Source: Octopus sinensis
Taxonomy: Eukaryota
Direction of reading: 5' to 3'
Length of the DNA: 64,000 bases
Assembly (NCBI RefSeq): GCF_006345805.1
Contig: NC_043006.1
Location: forward strand, 59,210,001 to 59,274,000
Part shown: one piece after another, positions 26,002 to 39,155 of the stretch
How positions within the stretch are numbered: position 1 is the stretch's first letter
Layout of the letters: every line of letters starts with the position of its first letter
Position numbers and translations under genes: made by a program
The notes under the pieces: generated by a model
The model's input: the letters and a program-made list of their open reading frames with translations, nothing else
Database searches by the model: none
What the model was told of the DNA's origin: nothing

Positions 26002-27295
26002 GTTAACATATCCAAGTCAATTTAGCATTCTAAAATTGTAAATTCTCTGACTTACATTTTAAATAGCTATATACCTTATACACAAAAGCTACCGCTTCAA
26101 TTTTAATCTCACATGTACATTAAATTTTCCCACATAGTTATTGTCATTAAAATCCATTACTTCACTACATTAGTATTGCTGCGTTCTAAATTGATCAGAC
26201 ACCCATCCACTTGCTTGTACAATATTTAGAATTTTTTCCATTTCATAGTCTTTCATCTTTCAACAATCTTTTCATATTTCTGTATGGTTGAAAATATATA
26301 TCCATATGTTTTCATATATTTGCATACATTTGCATACATTTGCATATATATTGATTGAAATTATATGCGTGCGTACATATGTATATTACTATTCATACGC
26401 TTGTATATATATATATATATATATTGCATTCTTGTATGTGTATGAGTGTGTGACTATGTTTTTGTGTGTATATGTGTATGTATATAATCGTATATGCATT
26501 TCATTGTGCATATATGTACAAATATGCATATACAATGTGAGCCTATGAATAACAACATATCGGTGTGCACAATTAAAATAAGCATTACATTCAAATTGCC
26601 ATCTGTATGCCATACTAAATGTATGCACACTGTTAGGAGGCAAGTTATGGAATTGTCGCAGATAAAATCTCTTCATAGACTTCTTGTCATAAACACAATA
26701 CATATTAAAGTGAGAAAAGTATCGTCGCTGCAGTGACTCTGGATAAACACAGAACGACAGACACGTTTCGTTTATGTTAAGGGTTGTCAATGCCATGCAT
26801 GCGATAGTCACGTACTTAAACGAAATTAATATCTCGGCATATAGAGGAAACATTCACTTTTATTGCAGAAGCTTGCAGAGCTTTTGGAAAACTCGGTGTA
26901 CGCAATTGAAACGATATCAAATTCAAACTTTCAAAACACCTGTTGGCCGGAGGCACATAACTGCTTTACTAATGGAAGTAAGAATACAATCTTGGTCAGT
27001 ATAGGGTTGAAAATAACCCCTGCAACGAAATTTTTCCATATGAAAATAATCCTTTCTGTTGTCTCCCTTTAAACAGTTCTAGGTGTGTTCAAAAAGTGTC
27101 AATTGTACGTTTCCGATCACTAGTCAGTAAGCGAGGAAGCCCATGTCTTCAACACAAATTTTCTCTTATGAAGGAACCAACCCAACATTTCACTTAAACG
27201 CTATATGTACTTGGCCAACGACGTTACGTTGCGCCTCTCTAGGATCCTAAGAGAAGAACTGTGGTTATTTAATCGCGGCCTCTCTCTGTCTCTTC

Positions 27296-27377
<82 letters not shown>

Positions 27378-27951
27378 ATATATATAGATATATATATATA
27401 TATATAGATATATATATACATACATACTACATACATACATACATACATACATACATACATACATACATACATACATACATACATACATACATAGTGTACT
27501 GATCCGTAATGCTAAGATTAACAAAAGAAGTATTCCATCTGGTGAGAAATAAATATTAATAGGCATAATACATATTTTATGAACTACTAAAATATGCAAT
27601 TACCAGCTGATAATGATGCGCTGAAACAATTGTAGTGATTTGTAAAAAAGCTTGTTTAATCCATCTACACTCATTAAAATTCTTTGATATATATAAATAT
27701 GTATATGTATATAAATATATGTGCATATAGTTGTGGGGGCGTGTAGGTGTGCACACTCACACAAACATGTATAGGTGTGCAGAAAGAGAGAAAGGATATA
27801 ATGTAGGGTACAAATAAATGTACTCAATTACAGATATTGAGTAAATTTTATCTCTCGCTTACAAACTAAATGCATGTGTGTGTGTATGTGTGAGTGCGTG
27901 TGTGTGCTCAAGCTTATCTATATATTTGCATACGGGTGTTTATATGTATGC

Positions 27952-27984
<33 letters not shown>

Positions 27985-28021
27985 TGTATGTATGTATGTA
28001 TGTATGTATGTATGTATGTAT

Positions 28022-28685
28022 GTATGCCAAAACAACTCTTGTATGGGGAGTTAGCTAAAGGAGAAAAACCTCCACATAAACCAAAAAAGAGGTATAAGGA
28101 CTTGCTGAAGGCTTCCTTAAGAGATGCTTGCATCTCTCCTGACACATGGGAAGGCATAGCTATCGATCGTAGCAGGTGGAGAAGGATTGTGCACAAGGGG
28201 ACAGCCACTTTTGAGAAATCCGAGTGGCACATGAGAAAGTAAGGAGGGATGTCAGGAAGGGCATCGCTGTTACACTTCCAGATGGGAAGGGTATTCCTAT
28301 GATGCTGACATGCAGTGTCTGTGCAAGACTCTGCCTCAGTAAAGCTGGACTCAAGAGTCATCTTCGTAGTCATAAAGCGAGACAGATGAGTGACAATCTG
28401 GCCACTGGTGGTGGTGTAACACACCATACTAATCATATCTGTCGGGCATGTGGAAGAGAGTGTAATTCGGCAGGAGGACTTAAACGACATGCAAAGGTAC
28501 ATGAAGCCCAGTTACAACTACAGCCAGCTATTACCGGTAAAGGTTTTAGTTGCCAATTCTGTACAAGACATAGTAGATCTTTAGCTGGGCTAAAAAGTCA
28601 CATTCGATCACTGCGCCAGTAACAGTTAAGCTTCGTGCAATGGCCATACTCGATAACGAGGGTGAAGCCATAATATAATAATAAT
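28022..28685 (+). mobile_element. RTE-clade LINE 3' end carrying three C2H2 zinc fingers
   Basis: PKQLLYGELAKGEKPPHKPKKRYKDLLK...DRSRWRRIV, then CSVCARLCLSKAGLKSHLRSH, CRACGRECNSAGGLKRHAKVH and CQFCTRHSRSLAGLKSHIRS. (TATG)n on both sides. Confidence 0.88.
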
Positions 28686-28734
28686 GTATGTATGTATGTA
28701 TGTATGTATGTATGTATGTATGTATGTATGTATG

Positions 28735-28803
<69 letters not shown>

Positions 28804-29289
28804 GAAGGCTGAGATAACATACAAAAAGAGTGTAAGTGAGCGGCAGAAATGTGAGAGAGCACGAGAACGATATGTAGAAAGACGCAAGATGTGTGCCATT
28901 TCATTGGTACACCGCAGAATTTCCGTTTATAATAGTTTTTTTTTCAATATTGAATTATTATTTTACAAATATGCTGTGTAATGTTATCTATATATACAAA
29001 TCATTGATATTTATTACATTATAGGTAAACACAGACACATATATGCACATCGAATAACGTGTGCTTTGATTACAAACACAGCTCACCACAGACATAGTGA
29101 TACGTAAAACAAATTAAGTGCTGGCAATTTGAAATGTAATATAATTGGTACCCATCTAACCAGTTTCAGGAATGATTATCGACAGTGAATTTTTGACAAA
29201 CATTGCACAAAGAGTTTGATGTGTTTACAAATTAGATTATATTATATTTCAAGTTCAGATAATATTTTAGTAACAACACTGTAATTTCG

Positions 29290-29625
29290 TCGTGACATAT
29301 ATATATATACATATACACACACACACATATATACATATATATATATACATATATATATATATAAATATATATATATACATATATATATATACATATATAT
29401 ATATACATATATATATATACACACATATATATATATATACATACATATATATATATACATACATATATATATATATACATACATATATATATATATACAT
29501 ATATACATATATATACACATACATATATACGTATATATATATATATATATATACATACATATATATAAATATATTTAAATACGTATATACATATACATGT
29601 ATGTATGTATGTATGTTTGCGTGTA
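29290..29625. repeat. Degenerate (AT)/(ATAC) microsatellite array
   Basis: Seen directly. Source of the YI-repeat ORFs. Confidence 0.95.
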
Positions 29626-29639
29626 TGTAGTTCCTGTTA

Positions 29640-30050
29640 TTCTTTTACTTGTTGCAAACATTTGACTACGGAGCGCCACCTTAAGGGATTTTAGTCGAAG
29701 AAATTCACCCCAGGACTCATTCTTTGTACGTCTAGTACTTATTCTATCTGCTTCTTTTGTCAAACCACTAAGTTACGGGGACGTAAACAGACCAGTATCG
29801 GTTGTCAAACGATGGTGAGGGATGTGGGGAGACAAACAAACATAAACACACACACACGCACGTGTACATATATATCTATATACTTACTACGGGCTTCTTT
29901 CAGTTTCTGCCTATGAAATCCACTAACAAGGCTTTGGGCGGTCCGAGGCCATAGTAGAAGACACTTGCCTAAGGTGCCACGCAGTGGGACTGAACCTGCA
30001 ACCATGCGGTTGAGAAGCAAGCTTCTTAATACACAGTCACGCCTGCGCCT
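29640..30050 (-). mobile_element. SINE family A
   Basis: Reverse complement of the 24792 family from head to tail. Confidence 0.9.
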
Positions 30051-30224
30051 ACATATATACATATATAATAATCTATAAAATATGTATTTAATTATGAATG
30101 TATATATTCATTGCTTTTTCTAAAAGAATGGAATTTTGCTGCTGTTGGTGGTTTAGGAAATCTCATTAAATATTGTAGATGCAGCACACTCTCTCTATCA
30201 GTGTCTTCATAGATCGCTAGCCAC

Positions 30225-30375
30225 TGCACATTCTTTATTTTCACTCCATGTTTCATTTTGTGTTCCTTTCTGTGGAAGAACGTAGGATCGAAACCTTAAA
30301 GACTCCTTCATTTCCCGAGCGTTAAACTAATACATCTGTTTGTTGTCTACACCACCTGTCTTCGTCTTTTCTTTT
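30225..30375 (+). repeat. Short repeat with degenerate hammerhead-like core (family H2)
   Basis: ttt-CTGTGGA-agaacgtaggatc-GAAACCTT-aaa. Same architecture as 35732 and 63187. Confidence 0.5.
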
Positions 30376-30384
30376 TTTGTGAAT

Positions 30385-30428
<44 letters not shown>

Positions 30429-30572
30429 GATAGATAGATAGATATAGATATATATATATATATATTATATATATATAATATAGATAGATATAGATAGATA
30501 GATAGATAGATATAGATATATATATATATAGATAGATAGGATATATATATAGATAGATATAGATATATATAA

Positions 30573-30629
<57 letters not shown>

Positions 30630-30740
30630 AAGATAGATATATATATATATATAGATAGATAGATAGATATAGTAGATATATTGATAGATAGATAGATAGA
30701 TATATATATAGATAGATATATATAGATATATATATATATA

Positions 30741-30787
<47 letters not shown>

Positions 30788-30801
30788 AGATAGATAGATA
30801 G

Positions 30802-30882
<81 letters not shown>

Positions 30883-30900
30883 TATAGATATAGATATATA
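30385..30900. repeat. (CT)/(AT)/(AGAT) compound microsatellite
   Basis: Seen directly. Confidence 0.95.
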
Positions 30901-30907
30901 AGTGTAC

Positions 30908-31345
30908 GTTGAACACAAGAGAAAACTGCCTTCAACAGGCAGTTTTTACACGCTAGAAGAAGCAATCAAAACGACCAAAACCACATTTAAGAGCAATCTT
31001 CAAAAGGAATGAAAAATATAAACTTTTACCTTGTTATTTTATTCCGGTCAGACTTAGATTTCTAAATTTTTTTAGCAAATAAAATAATTTGCTAGGTGAA
31101 AGTTTTCATCAGTGATCGCGCCGTAACACTAACATACAATTAAGAGACAATTAACACGAGTATGCAACTTATTTTATTTGCTAAAATGATTTAGAAACCT
31201 AGGTGTGACCGGAATAAAATAACGAGATGAAAGTTTTTCTTTTTCATTCTCTTTGAAGATTACTCTTAAATGAGGTTTTGGTAGTTTTGACTGCTTCTTC
31301 TAGCGTATAAAAACTACCTGTTGATGGTAGATTTCTCTTGTGTTT
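30908..31345. repeat. ~185-bp imperfect inverted repeat with ~60-bp spacer (fold-back element)
   Basis: 30908-31092 pairs with 31153-31345, for example aacacaagagaaaactgccttcaacaggcag against ctacctgttgatggtagatttctcttgtgtt. Confidence 0.9.
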
Positions 31346-31639
31346 AAATATTTATTTATATATATAGATAATTTTTTTATCATATATATATTTTTTTTTT
31401 TAATAATGAAATTATTATATATATATATATATGTACACACAGTGACAAGGTTCGGGGGGTGTCTGTATGTTTATGTATATGTATGTATATATATATATAT
31501 ATAATATATATATATATATTATTAATATATATATATATATATAATATATATATTATATTATTATAATATATATACATATATATATACATATATATATACA
31601 TATATTATATATATACATATATTATATATATACATATAT

Positions 31640-31687
<48 letters not shown>

Positions 31688-31723
31688 TATAATATATATT
31701 TATTATATATATAATATTTTACC

Positions 31724-31762
31724 AGGCGCAGGAGTGGCTATGTGGTAAGTAGCTTGCTTACC
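31724..31762 (+). mobile_element. SINE family A head, 5' half of a split copy
   Basis: aggcgcaggagtggctatgtggtaagtagcttgcttacc. The SINE resumes at 33895. Confidence 0.88.
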
Positions 31763-32230
31763 CAGAATGCAGCACTAGTTGTTCTGGACTGTTACAGTGA
31801 GCAGATGTGAGTTTCGGCTCGGCGAATAGAAAAAAAAGAACAAAAAGAGAAATTGTCAATTATGGCTCGCTAAAGCGAGCAAAATACTGGGTTCTCATCA
31901 CCGTAACGGTGAATTGAGAATTTTTTGAAAATTCTTCTTGTGAATTCTAGTGGGCGTATCTCGCCAGAAAAATAAGAATAAGCCATTTGGATTACCTCTT
32001 TTGGATTACCTTTTTGGAGTATTATACAAAGGATTCCCTGTCTGTGCTATTTGTGAGGTTTTTCTTTTACTTTTCCCTTCTATTTTTTTCTTTCTTTCTA
32101 AATTTTGGTTCATTCTTTTCATTACTTTAATATCAGTTTCCTCCCCTCCTCTTTTATTTTGTTTTATTTTTATTCGGTTTAATTTTTTGGCAGACTGTCT
32201 TTTGAACTGCTTTTGAACTGTTTTTTTGAC

Positions 32231-33489
32231 ATGGCAGAGAAGGAACTTAAAAAGAAAAACTCTGTCTTAGAGTGGGAAATTAACCCGCCTAAGCAGTGAT
32301 TAAAAGATATGGAGGAGAAGACGGTGGTACTTAGAACGTATTCTAAAGTTCTTAATTCCATCACCGTCTTCCCAAAACAAGTCATAAAAATGAACTTAAA
32401 GAACATTTGTCCTCTGTAAAATATATATCCCGTGGTGTCAAACATGCAACCGTATAGTTGCTGTTTGACAACGGGGAAAAGGCTCGCCAGTTTGCGAGTC
32501 AGCCTTTAGAAGGCAAGGAAATTCTGTTTCTCCCGTCATATTGTGGAAGAAAATTAATACGAGCCTGGGTATGTGGGCTCCCCCCGGGCACCGAAGCGGA
32601 TTGGATTGAAGATACCATCCGACGGGGACTGGGGGATGGCGGGCCCAGGCTCTTAAATGTAAGAGTATTGCCGGAGGTCAATTGGGAAGGGGCAAAAGCG
32701 ATTTTGACCCTGTGGACCCCATCGGCCGCAACAGAACTGGTTTTTCCAGATTTCTTGAAAATGGCTGGCTGCAGGTATCCGGTGATACTTGAGGAACGTC
32801 CCCCAAAGTGTCACTCGTGCCTGCAGCCAGGCCACATTAAAAGGAACTGCCCCCAGGACCATGGTAAGGTCCTGGAACAGTCACTAGATGCCACCTTCCC
32901 TACCCGGTCAAAGGGAGAGGTGGATGTGGTCGAGGAGGCTTCAAAAATGATTAAAAAGGAAGAAGGCGGGCAACAATAGTTGCCCACCGAAGGAACCTAA
33001 GGCTTCGGAAGGCGGGGGAGAGTCTCCGGACAAAGCGGAAGAGCTCCACTCTCCCGAAGCCAGGAAGAAAAGAAAAAAAGAAGGAAGAAGAACGTGTCAT
33101 ACCAGCGGGGAGATGATGTGCAGACTGCATGTCTCGAAGTTGTGCCACCCACGGTGGAAGAAACCACCCCCACCCTTAAAGATGATCAATTAATTATTCT
33201 TTTCTACAAGGGCGGGGAGGTGGAAAAAATAGTAGAAGAACATAAAGAAACAGTAGATATGCCCTTCACACGGGATCCCGAATGGCCTCCGCAGATAGCT
33301 GTGAAGGTCATAAGGTTTCCCTTGTGGGAAAGGCTTAAAGGATTTGGGGAGGAGTGTCGCATATGGCCGGATGGCCCTTACACGACTTACATGTCCTACA
33401 TGAGTGAGGCATGGGAAATGGCGGGATACAGGAACTCAAGCAGCATTGAAGATAATGATGAATATATCGATGGATATATCGAAGAGTAG
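32231..33489 (+). pseudogene. Gag/ORF1-like protein (RRM-like region plus CxxCxxxGHxxxxC), with stops and frameshifts
   Basis: MAEKELKKK... start at 32231. CHSCLQPGHIKRNC at 32809-32850. Continues in ORF 33094-33489. Confidence 0.75.
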
Positions 33490-33580
33490 AAGGTGAAAGA
33501 CCCTCGTTACAGGGTTTGAAACCTCATCTTATTGGATTATTTTGTAGTGGTTTATAACCTCAATTTTGTGCTTTAAGAAA

Positions 33581-33750
33581 GAAAAAAAAAGAAAACATGT
33601 TAAGTAAGAGGTTTTAGTGCCTCATCCTTGTAAGAGGTTTGAAACCTCATATTGATTTAAAAAAAAAAAAGAAAACATGTTAAGTAAGAGGTTTTAGTGC
33701 CTCATCCTTGTAAGAGGTTTGAAACCTCATATTGATTTAAAAAAAAAAGA
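33581..33750 (+). repeat. 80-bp tandem duplication in the 3' UTR of the ORF1-only element
   Basis: gaaaacatgttaagtaagaggttttagtgcc...gatttaaaaaaaaaa occurs at 33591 and 33671. Confidence 0.95.
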
Positions 33751-33894
33751 AATATGTTTTCGAGAAAAATCCAATCGGCGGGTGTTGGGTTTCGTCTCTC
33801 ATTTATTCATTATATTTCATTTTCATTCATTAATGTATTTGTCCAGCCCGCAAAGCTCTTTGTACTGTCTATATGACACATTTATGAAATAAAA

Positions 33895-34246
33895 TAGCTT
33901 GCTAACCAGCCACATGGTTCTGGGTTCAGTCCCACTGCGTGGCATCTTGGGCAAATGTCTTCTGCTATAGCCCCGGGCCGACCAATGCCTTGTGAGTGGA
34001 TTTGGTAGACGGAAACTGAAAGAAGCCTGTCGTATATATGTATATATATATATGTATGTGTATGTATATGTTTGTGTGTCTGTGTTTGTCCCTCTAGCAT
34101 TGCTTGACAACCGATGCTGGTGTGTTTACGTCCCCTTAACTTAGCGGTTCGGCAAAAGAAACAGTAGAATAAGTACTAGGCTTACAAAGAATAAGTCCTG
34201 GGGTCGATTTGCTCGACTAAAGGCAGTGCTGAAACAAGTAAAAGAG
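33895..34246 (+). mobile_element. SINE family A, 3' part of the split copy
   Basis: Continues the consensus exactly where the 31724 head stops. Confidence 0.9.
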
Positions 34247-34529
34247 TATATGTATTTTTTTACAATTAATAATGAAATATAATCTCAGTTACAACTATGA
34301 TGTTGTTGATTAAAAATGTCCTTTATCTATCTACTTATCTTCTTTGTGATTTTGGATAATAAGAAAACTATACAAATGAATCATTTGAATTTAACTAAAT
34401 TCTATATTTTTATGCATCTGAAGATTTCTCTACATTTTAAATTGATGTAATATTTGCATTGTTCATTAAATGGAGTCGCTTGAAACGATCGTACTGCATT
34501 ACCTCTGGATATCCTTGTTGCTTAGTTTG

Positions 34530-34592
<63 letters not shown>

Positions 34593-34622
34593 TGTGTGTG
34601 TGTATCTGTGTGCGTGTGTGTG

Positions 34623-34870
34623 TGGAGGCGCGTGGTATAGTGGTTAGTGTCTCAGCATCATGATCGTAAGATTGTGGTTTCGATTCCTGGACCGGGTGAC
34701 TCGTTGTGTTCTTGAGCAAAACACTTCATTTCACGTTGCTCCAGTCCACTCAGGTGGTAAAGATGAGTAACGCTGCGATGGACTGGCGTCCCGTCCAGCT
34801 GGGGAACACGTACGCCATTGAAACCGTGAAACCGGGCCCATAAGCCTGGCTAGGCTTTAAAAAGGCGCAT

Positions 34871-34901
<31 letters not shown>

Positions 34902-34903
34902 TT
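34623..34903 (+). mobile_element. SINE family C variant with (TTAT)n tail
   Basis: A and B boxes, gcgatggactggcgtcccgtccag core and the same 3' end as family C. Confidence 0.88.
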
Positions 34904-35256
34904 TTATATATATATATGTACACACAGTGACAAGGTTAAGGTCCACAACTAAGAAGGTGTCCTAATTATACTCACTTTCAGTAGTAAAGTCCAATGTTTT
35001 TAAAAAGAATTTATAAAATTTCTTCTTATATAATTCCAATTTTCGAGGATAATAATAATAATAATAATAATGATAATAATAATAATAATAATTTATTCAA
35101 ACAAAAGATTATATAATAGATTAAAACAAAAGATGTATAACGGTTTTTTAAATATTAACATGCACACGCACACATATATATACGAATATTGATATGTTGA
35201 GTCGGTTGATAATCACCTGATCAATTATTATGTGATTCCTTTTGGGTCTAATTCTC

Positions 35257-35350
35257 ACCCTGATGAAGTATTTAACTCACTATTTTCAAGATACAATTTA
35301 AGTTTATTAATTTGTAATTGAATGAGTTAAGTATGGAAACAATTGTAGGT
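35257..35350 (+). ncRNA. Type I hammerhead-like motif with long stem II
   Basis: acc-CTGATGA-ag-tatttaactca...tgagttaagta-tg-GAA-ACAATTGT-A-ggt. Stem I acc/ggt, 11-bp stem II, palindromic stem III, GUA site. Confidence 0.55.
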
Positions 35351-35430
35351 AACAAAGAATTGACGACATGTTAATAAATTGAGGTCTATCTGTTAAAACT
35401 TTCCATTTCCTTCTTATTATATAGTGTATA

Positions 35431-35474
<44 letters not shown>

Positions 35475-35483
35475 ATATATATC

Positions 35484-35569
<86 letters not shown>

Positions 35570-35731
35570 ATATATATATCCTTTTATATATTATATATAT
35601 ATATATATATATATCCTTTTATATATATATTATATATATATATATAAGGACATTCAAAATGTGACCGCGTGTGTATCGTTGGCGATTTTTCCCCTCTGTC
35701 TTCCCTTCCTTGAATCTTTCCTTCTTCTATG

Positions 35732-35764
35732 ATTCTGACGAAGAGCTCCGCTCGAAACGTTAAT
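35732..35764 (+). ncRNA. Minimal type I hammerhead-like motif (family H2)
   Basis: att-CTGACGA-a-GAGC-tcc-GCTC-GAA-ACGT-T-aat. Confidence 0.6.
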
Positions 35765-36333
35765 GCCTCCTTCTTTCTTTCCTTTCCTGGGCGTCCAATA
35801 ACACTATACTTGTTTCACGTCCTCGCGTTGTTGTGTTTTCATGTTTGGATTAACTATAAATATAATATATATATATATATATGAATAAATATCAATGAAT
35901 AATGAATAAATACATACAATACTCAGATCCAGGTATGTTTCATATGCTTCAGGAGCTTATCATAAATTTAATCTACGCTCATTTTAAAATATTATGGTTC
36001 ATATAAAGTATATCTTAAACATAATTTATTTTCAGATGTGCAGTACTGATAATGTTGAGTGTTGCTTGTCTAACAGTTTATACCATTCTCCTATACTATT
36101 TCACACTACCATTACTTTATATCATCACTGAATGTCACCTGTATGGTATTTAGCACTCTTATCCTAGAGATTATTGGGAAAATATTTCTAAATGTGTGAA
36201 GATATGCTTTATGAAGTAATTATCCTCTTATGAATCTCTACGAGTTGTTTCATGGACTGTGTTTGATCGCATTCTTTACTTTCTTTCTCTCTCTCTCCCA
36301 CACACACATATATGTATGTATGTATATATATAT

Positions 36334-36416
<83 letters not shown>

Positions 36417-36433
36417 CAATACATATAATAATT

Positions 36434-36648
36434 AAGGCAGCGAGCTGGTTGAAACGTTAGCACGTCGGGCGAAATGCTCAGCAGTATTTCGTCTGTCTTT
36501 ACATTGTGAGTTCAAATCCCACCGGGTCGACTTTGTCTTTTATCCTTTCGGGGACGATAAATTTAGTATCAGTTGCGTACAGGGGTCGCTCTAATCGACT
36601 GGCCCCCTCCCCAAAAAGTTCGGGCCATGTCCCTAGAATAAAAAGAAT
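36434..36648 (+). mobile_element. SINE family B
   Basis: aaggcagcgagctggttgaaacgttagcacg...gagttcaaatcccaccgggtcgactttgtctt. Confidence 0.88.
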
Positions 36649-37324
36649 ATATATAATAATTATCTGGAACTCCGTCCTTACAACCACACAGGATCCATTT
36701 GATCCGATCTACGGAACAAGCTGCTCATGTAATTAACGTGCGAGTCGCTGAGCACTCTACAGACGCGTGTACCCGTAACGTAGTTCTCAGGGATATTTAA
36801 CATGACACAAAATGCGATAAGGCTGGATTTTTGAAATACAGGTAATAATCATTTTTGTTAGCTGAGAGAACCAGAGCAATGAGAAATAAAATGCTTTACT
36901 CAAGGACACAACATGATGGCAGGAATCGAATACCCGAGGAAAGAAGTCAAATTCACGTTACAATTGTTTCCGTAAACGGATGATATTATTTATAATGTTA
37001 TGCAATTCATACAATGTGCTGTAATGCGCACCGTAATATATGGAAATATGTAATAATATTCGTATCGTCCATTCACTCCTTCGGATCTCATTGATTTGTA
37101 AATACTGCAAACTGCAATAAAAGCAACTAGAAATGGATGAGAAAGCCAACACCATATCAAGGCTATTTCAACAATATATTTTCTTTACATATTCCAAATG
37201 AATAGATCCATACACTATGTGAGGCAAAATATGACTATCATTTCTTGCATACTATCAAGTTCGTACTACACATAATACTTTGAGACAATTTCGTAAGGTT
37301 TCTACATCTAGTCGTAGGTATGAA

Positions 37325-37492
37325 ACGTGTGGTTAAAAAGCTCGCTTTGCAACAATGTTCAGTCGTCCCACTGCGCGGCACGTAGCACTTCTTGTATGTC
37401 TCTGGGATGACAAATATCTTGTGGGCGAATTTGGTAGATGGAACCTGTATGGACCGTCGAGAATATCTATCTATCTATTCATATATCTCTCC

Positions 37493-37540
<48 letters not shown>

Positions 37541-37862
37541 CTCTATCTATCTATCTATCTATCTACCTATCTATCTATCTATCTATCTCTCTATCTATCT
37601 CTCCATCTATCTCTCCATCTATCTCTCCATATCTCTCTCTCTCTCTCTCTATCTCTATCTATCTATCTATCTATCTATATATATATATATCTATATATAT
37701 ATATATATATATGTCTGTCTGTCTGTCTGTCTGCTTGTTTGTCTGTCTATCTATATGTGTGTGCATGCTTCTTTGTGTTTGCGTTTCTCTCTTCACCGCT
37801 TGACAACTGGTGTTGGTTTGTTTACGTCACTGTTAGTTGTTCGACAGAAAGGCTCTGATAGA
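37325..37862 (+). mobile_element. Degenerate SINE family A with expanded internal (CTAT)n
   Basis: cccactgcgcggcac...tttggtagatggaacc...cgcttgacaactggtgttggtttgtttacgtc. Confidence 0.7.
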
Positions 37863-37868
37863 ATATAC

Positions 37869-37933
<65 letters not shown>

Positions 37934-37968
37934 ATATGTATATATGTATATGTATATATATATATATG

Positions 37969-38001
<33 letters not shown>

Positions 38002-38507
38002 ATATGTATATGTATATATATATATATCTATATATATATATATGTATATATGTATATGTATTTATATATATATATATATATATACGTATATATATATAAT
38101 AATGTTCTTGAGTAGATCACTTCATGTCACATCTCCTGCGATCATTTCAACGTCTGATGATTTGATCTGGTGATATTTGGTCAACAGATCAAATCACCTG
38201 TGCAGGCTGTCTCCAAGAAGAATCACAGAATCTTCATATGTCGTCTACGACAGGAGAGGCCAGGATTCTTTCTCTCAAAACAACCATCCTACATTTATAG
38301 CAAAACAGAGTAAAAACTAACATTTAGAATTAGAAATTTGTCCTTTGAACCGGAAGAAAGGTCAGCCTACCAAACTTAACCTTCCTCTAAAACTTTCGAT
38401 GAATTCCAAGATGCTTCTGTATGTATGTATGTACGTATGCTTGTGAGACTGTGTGTTGAATGGCTCAGAGTAGATGATTCGCACATATATGAGCACATAC
38501 AGACACA

Positions 38508-38542
<35 letters not shown>

Positions 38543-38546
38543 GCAC

Positions 38547-38588
<42 letters not shown>

Positions 38589-38859
38589 CATTTGCTTACA
38601 CATATTAACGAAGCCTTATACTAGGTGTCTAATTAACAAATATATTATTTTCAAATTTTAGCACAAGTCCAGCAGGTCCGGGAGAGGGTGTAAGTCGATT
38701 GCATCGACCACAATGTTCATCTGGTACCTATTCTATCGACCGCTTTCACCACATATTTGAGGCTTGGTGTCTTCCGAGGTCTTTAAATTAAGCTAAATTA
38801 TGAACTAGAGTAGAAATAACCACATATACTCGCCCACAAATGTAAGTCCATAGGTGGTT

Positions 38860-39155
38860 TTGTTTTGGTAGCAAAGTCCACCTCGGCGGAACTTGAACTC
38901 AGAACGTAGCGACGGATGAAATGCTGCTTGACGTGAAAGAAAGGTATAGGTTTCGAATTCTGGCAAAAGGCCAGCAAGTTCTGGGAGGGTAAAATCAATT
39001 AGATCGACCCCAATGATCAACTGATTTTTATTTTATCGATTGTGAATAGATGAAAGACAAAGCCGACCTCGGCGGAATTTGAACTCAGAACGTGAAGTCG
39101 GACGAAATTCTGCTAAGCCTAATCGTGCTACCGATTCAGCCAGCTCCTCGCCTTA
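38860..39155 (-). mobile_element. Two partial SINE family B copies
   Basis: ctcggcggaacttgaactcagaacgt occurs at about 38882 and 39068. Confidence 0.8.

Larger units (their letters stand above)
31763..33894 (+). mobile_element. ORF1-only Tx1/L1-like non-autonomous retroelement
   Basis: Flanked by tagcttgcttacc (31750-31762) and tagcttgctaacc (33895-33907). Contains a disrupted ORF with a CCHC knuckle and ends in aataaaa. No RT or EN motifs seen. Confidence 0.8.

Noticed and set aside
29232-30916. YI/CV/HT-repeat ORFs here and throughout the window
   Set aside because: They are dinucleotide and tetranucleotide microsatellite artefacts.
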